A stretch of DNA of 47,478 nucleotides from contig JADHYO010000001.1 of NCBI GenBank assembly GCA_016782405.1, forward strand, positions 1-47,478, read 5' to 3'. Source of the stretch: Candidatus Aenigmatarchaeota archaeon (GTDB lineage: Archaea; Aenigmatarchaeota; Aenigmatarchaeia; QMZP01). Below are positions 46,219-47,478 of this stretch, in pieces (position 1 is the stretch's first letter; each line of letters begins with the position of its first letter). Below the pieces are notes generated by a model. The model worked only from the letters and a program-made list of their open reading frames with translations, was not told the DNA's origin and did no database searches. Position numbers and translations under genes: made by a program.

Positions 46219-47457
46219 TCAGTCTTCCATCAGCTGGGACAGGCCGAAAGCTGCTGCCGAGCTTGTGTCTATCCTGAACCACTCAGGCATTCCCCTCACT
46301 TCATATCCCTGGTATTCAAGCGGCAAGAAATAAGCCCAGCAAACATGGGTTCTATCACTAGTTATTTCAATCCCTGCTTCCTGGAACTCCTGGGCATTGA
46401 TGAATGTTATGAACTGCGGGTTGGTAGAAAAGTTGTACATTCCCTGCAACCTTTCCAATAAATTTGGCCCGAACAATAACACTCCCGCATCCCCTCCAAA
46501 GTAATGCCCATCCTCAAGCCCCCTCCTGATTGGAAGCGACCACACTGAATTTGTGTTGTTGTCCACGTAAAGTGTTGGGTAGTCCCCAAGGCTCTGGATT
46601 GTCTGGTTTATAAGGGTAACTGGTAAAGGTACACCAGTCACATAGCAGGACTGTGCAGGTGTGCCGGTGTTACCAACCACACATTCCCAGCCGCTATGCC
46701 CAGTAATATCATCCACAACCAATATCTTTTGGGCTTTGTCAGGGTCATCCGCATCAAAGCTGACATTCCCTATTGCGTTGCATGTTGCCAGTGAACCAGG
46801 CAATTGCTGCGCATAAAAGCTGTAGGGATACAGCTCGTATTGCCTTCTAACCAACCCGCTTGTCTCAACCGCAAACAGCGGGTCCTCGAAACCCAGGACA
46901 GAAAATGAAAATTCCTTTCTCTCATCAATCTTCTCAATGCGCGATGTTCCGAAGCGGTTCTTTACTGTAATGTTCAGCCCGTATGTTCCTCCAAAATAAA
47001 TGTCATCGTATGTTGCCACGATGTTGGTGAAATTGAAATCCACCTCAAACCCACCTGTGGCATTAATGATTTTTGATTTCCAGTCATACAACGTGTTGTT
47101 TATCATGAGATAGCTTTCCTCCCCGAAAAGTGTTCCGTTGTAGAGCAGTTCAGTGTAAAGTTCACCAGCGCTTTTGTTGTGATTCTCTATTGTGATAAAT
47201 CTCCCGTCAGTGACAGCAAAATCTGTAAGTGCTAGCAAGGCCCTTTTCGCAGAGATTTCAAATCCTTTATGAAAATCATCTTCAACACTTTTCTCAATCA
47301 AGTGGAGCTGGTCAGCAACGAGCTTCTCCCTGACTCCAGTTTCTGTGTCCTGGATGCTGACAAGGGTTCCTGTGACAAACAGCAGGACAGGGATTGCAAT
47401 GAGAACCGCAATAATTGAATAAAACTGGCCGGACATCTGCCTCTTTCTCACAACCAT
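46219..47457 (-). CDS. Large pilin-like protein (class III signal peptide)
   Basis: RKRQMSG/QFYS followed by a hydrophobic helix; G.EDPL motif; GGAGG SD upstream. Confidence 0.78.
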   Translation of the reverse strand: MVVRKRQMSGQFYSIIAVLIAIPVLLFVTGTLVSIQDTETGVREKLVADQLHLIEKSVEDDFHKGFEISAKRALLALTDFAVTDGRFITIENHNKSAGELYTELLYNGTLFGEESYLMINNTLYDWKSKIINATGGFEVDFNFTNIVATYDDIYFGGTYGLNITVKNRFGTSRIEKIDERKEFSFSVLGFEDPLFAVETSGLVRRQYELYPYSFYAQQLPGSLATCNAIGNVSFDADDPDKAQKILVVDDITGHSGWECVVGNTGTPAQSCYVTGVPLPVTLINQTIQSLGDYPTLYVDNNTNSVWSLPIRRGLEDGHYFGGDAGVLLFGPNLLERLQGMYNFSTNPQFITFINAQEFQEAGIEITSDRTHVCWAYFLPLEYQGYEVRGMPEWFRIDTSSAAAFGLSQLMED

Positions 47458-47478
47458 ACCCTAACCTCCATTCTTGCA

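Overview
This looks like an archaeal chromosome segment, most likely DPANN (Aenigmarchaeota-like). That call is inferred from the multi-intron tRNAs, class III pilins, OapABC, NreA and the bacterial-type mevalonate genes. Protein-coding content: the 3' part of an intein-containing VirB11-like ATPase, a Zn-ribbon/HTH protein, a coiled-coil + HerA-like ATPase pair, a secreted alpha/beta-hydrolase lacking its nucleophile Ser, oapA-oapB-(GNAT)-oapC, HIT, OtsA, four toxin-antitoxin pairs, an orphan island, NreA, a large S8 protease, SNase-LTD, FKBP, FtsZ, mvk/pmk/mvaD with Nudix/HAD genes, and a type IV pilus locus. There are four tRNAs, three of them carrying 2, 2 and 3 BHB-type introns. The standout is a ~1.3 kb stretch (~2980-4305) with no credible ORF that is almost wholly built from long stems. 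It includes a pseudoknotted ~280-nt domain, a duplicated ~90-nt three-way-junction motif with compensatory base changes, and an array of hairpins spaced ~80-96 nt apart and joined by AAAAWTCAA-like linkers. It is a candidate undescribed large ncRNA or RNA array. All calls come from reading motifs and base-pairing by eye; no database searches or folding programs were run.
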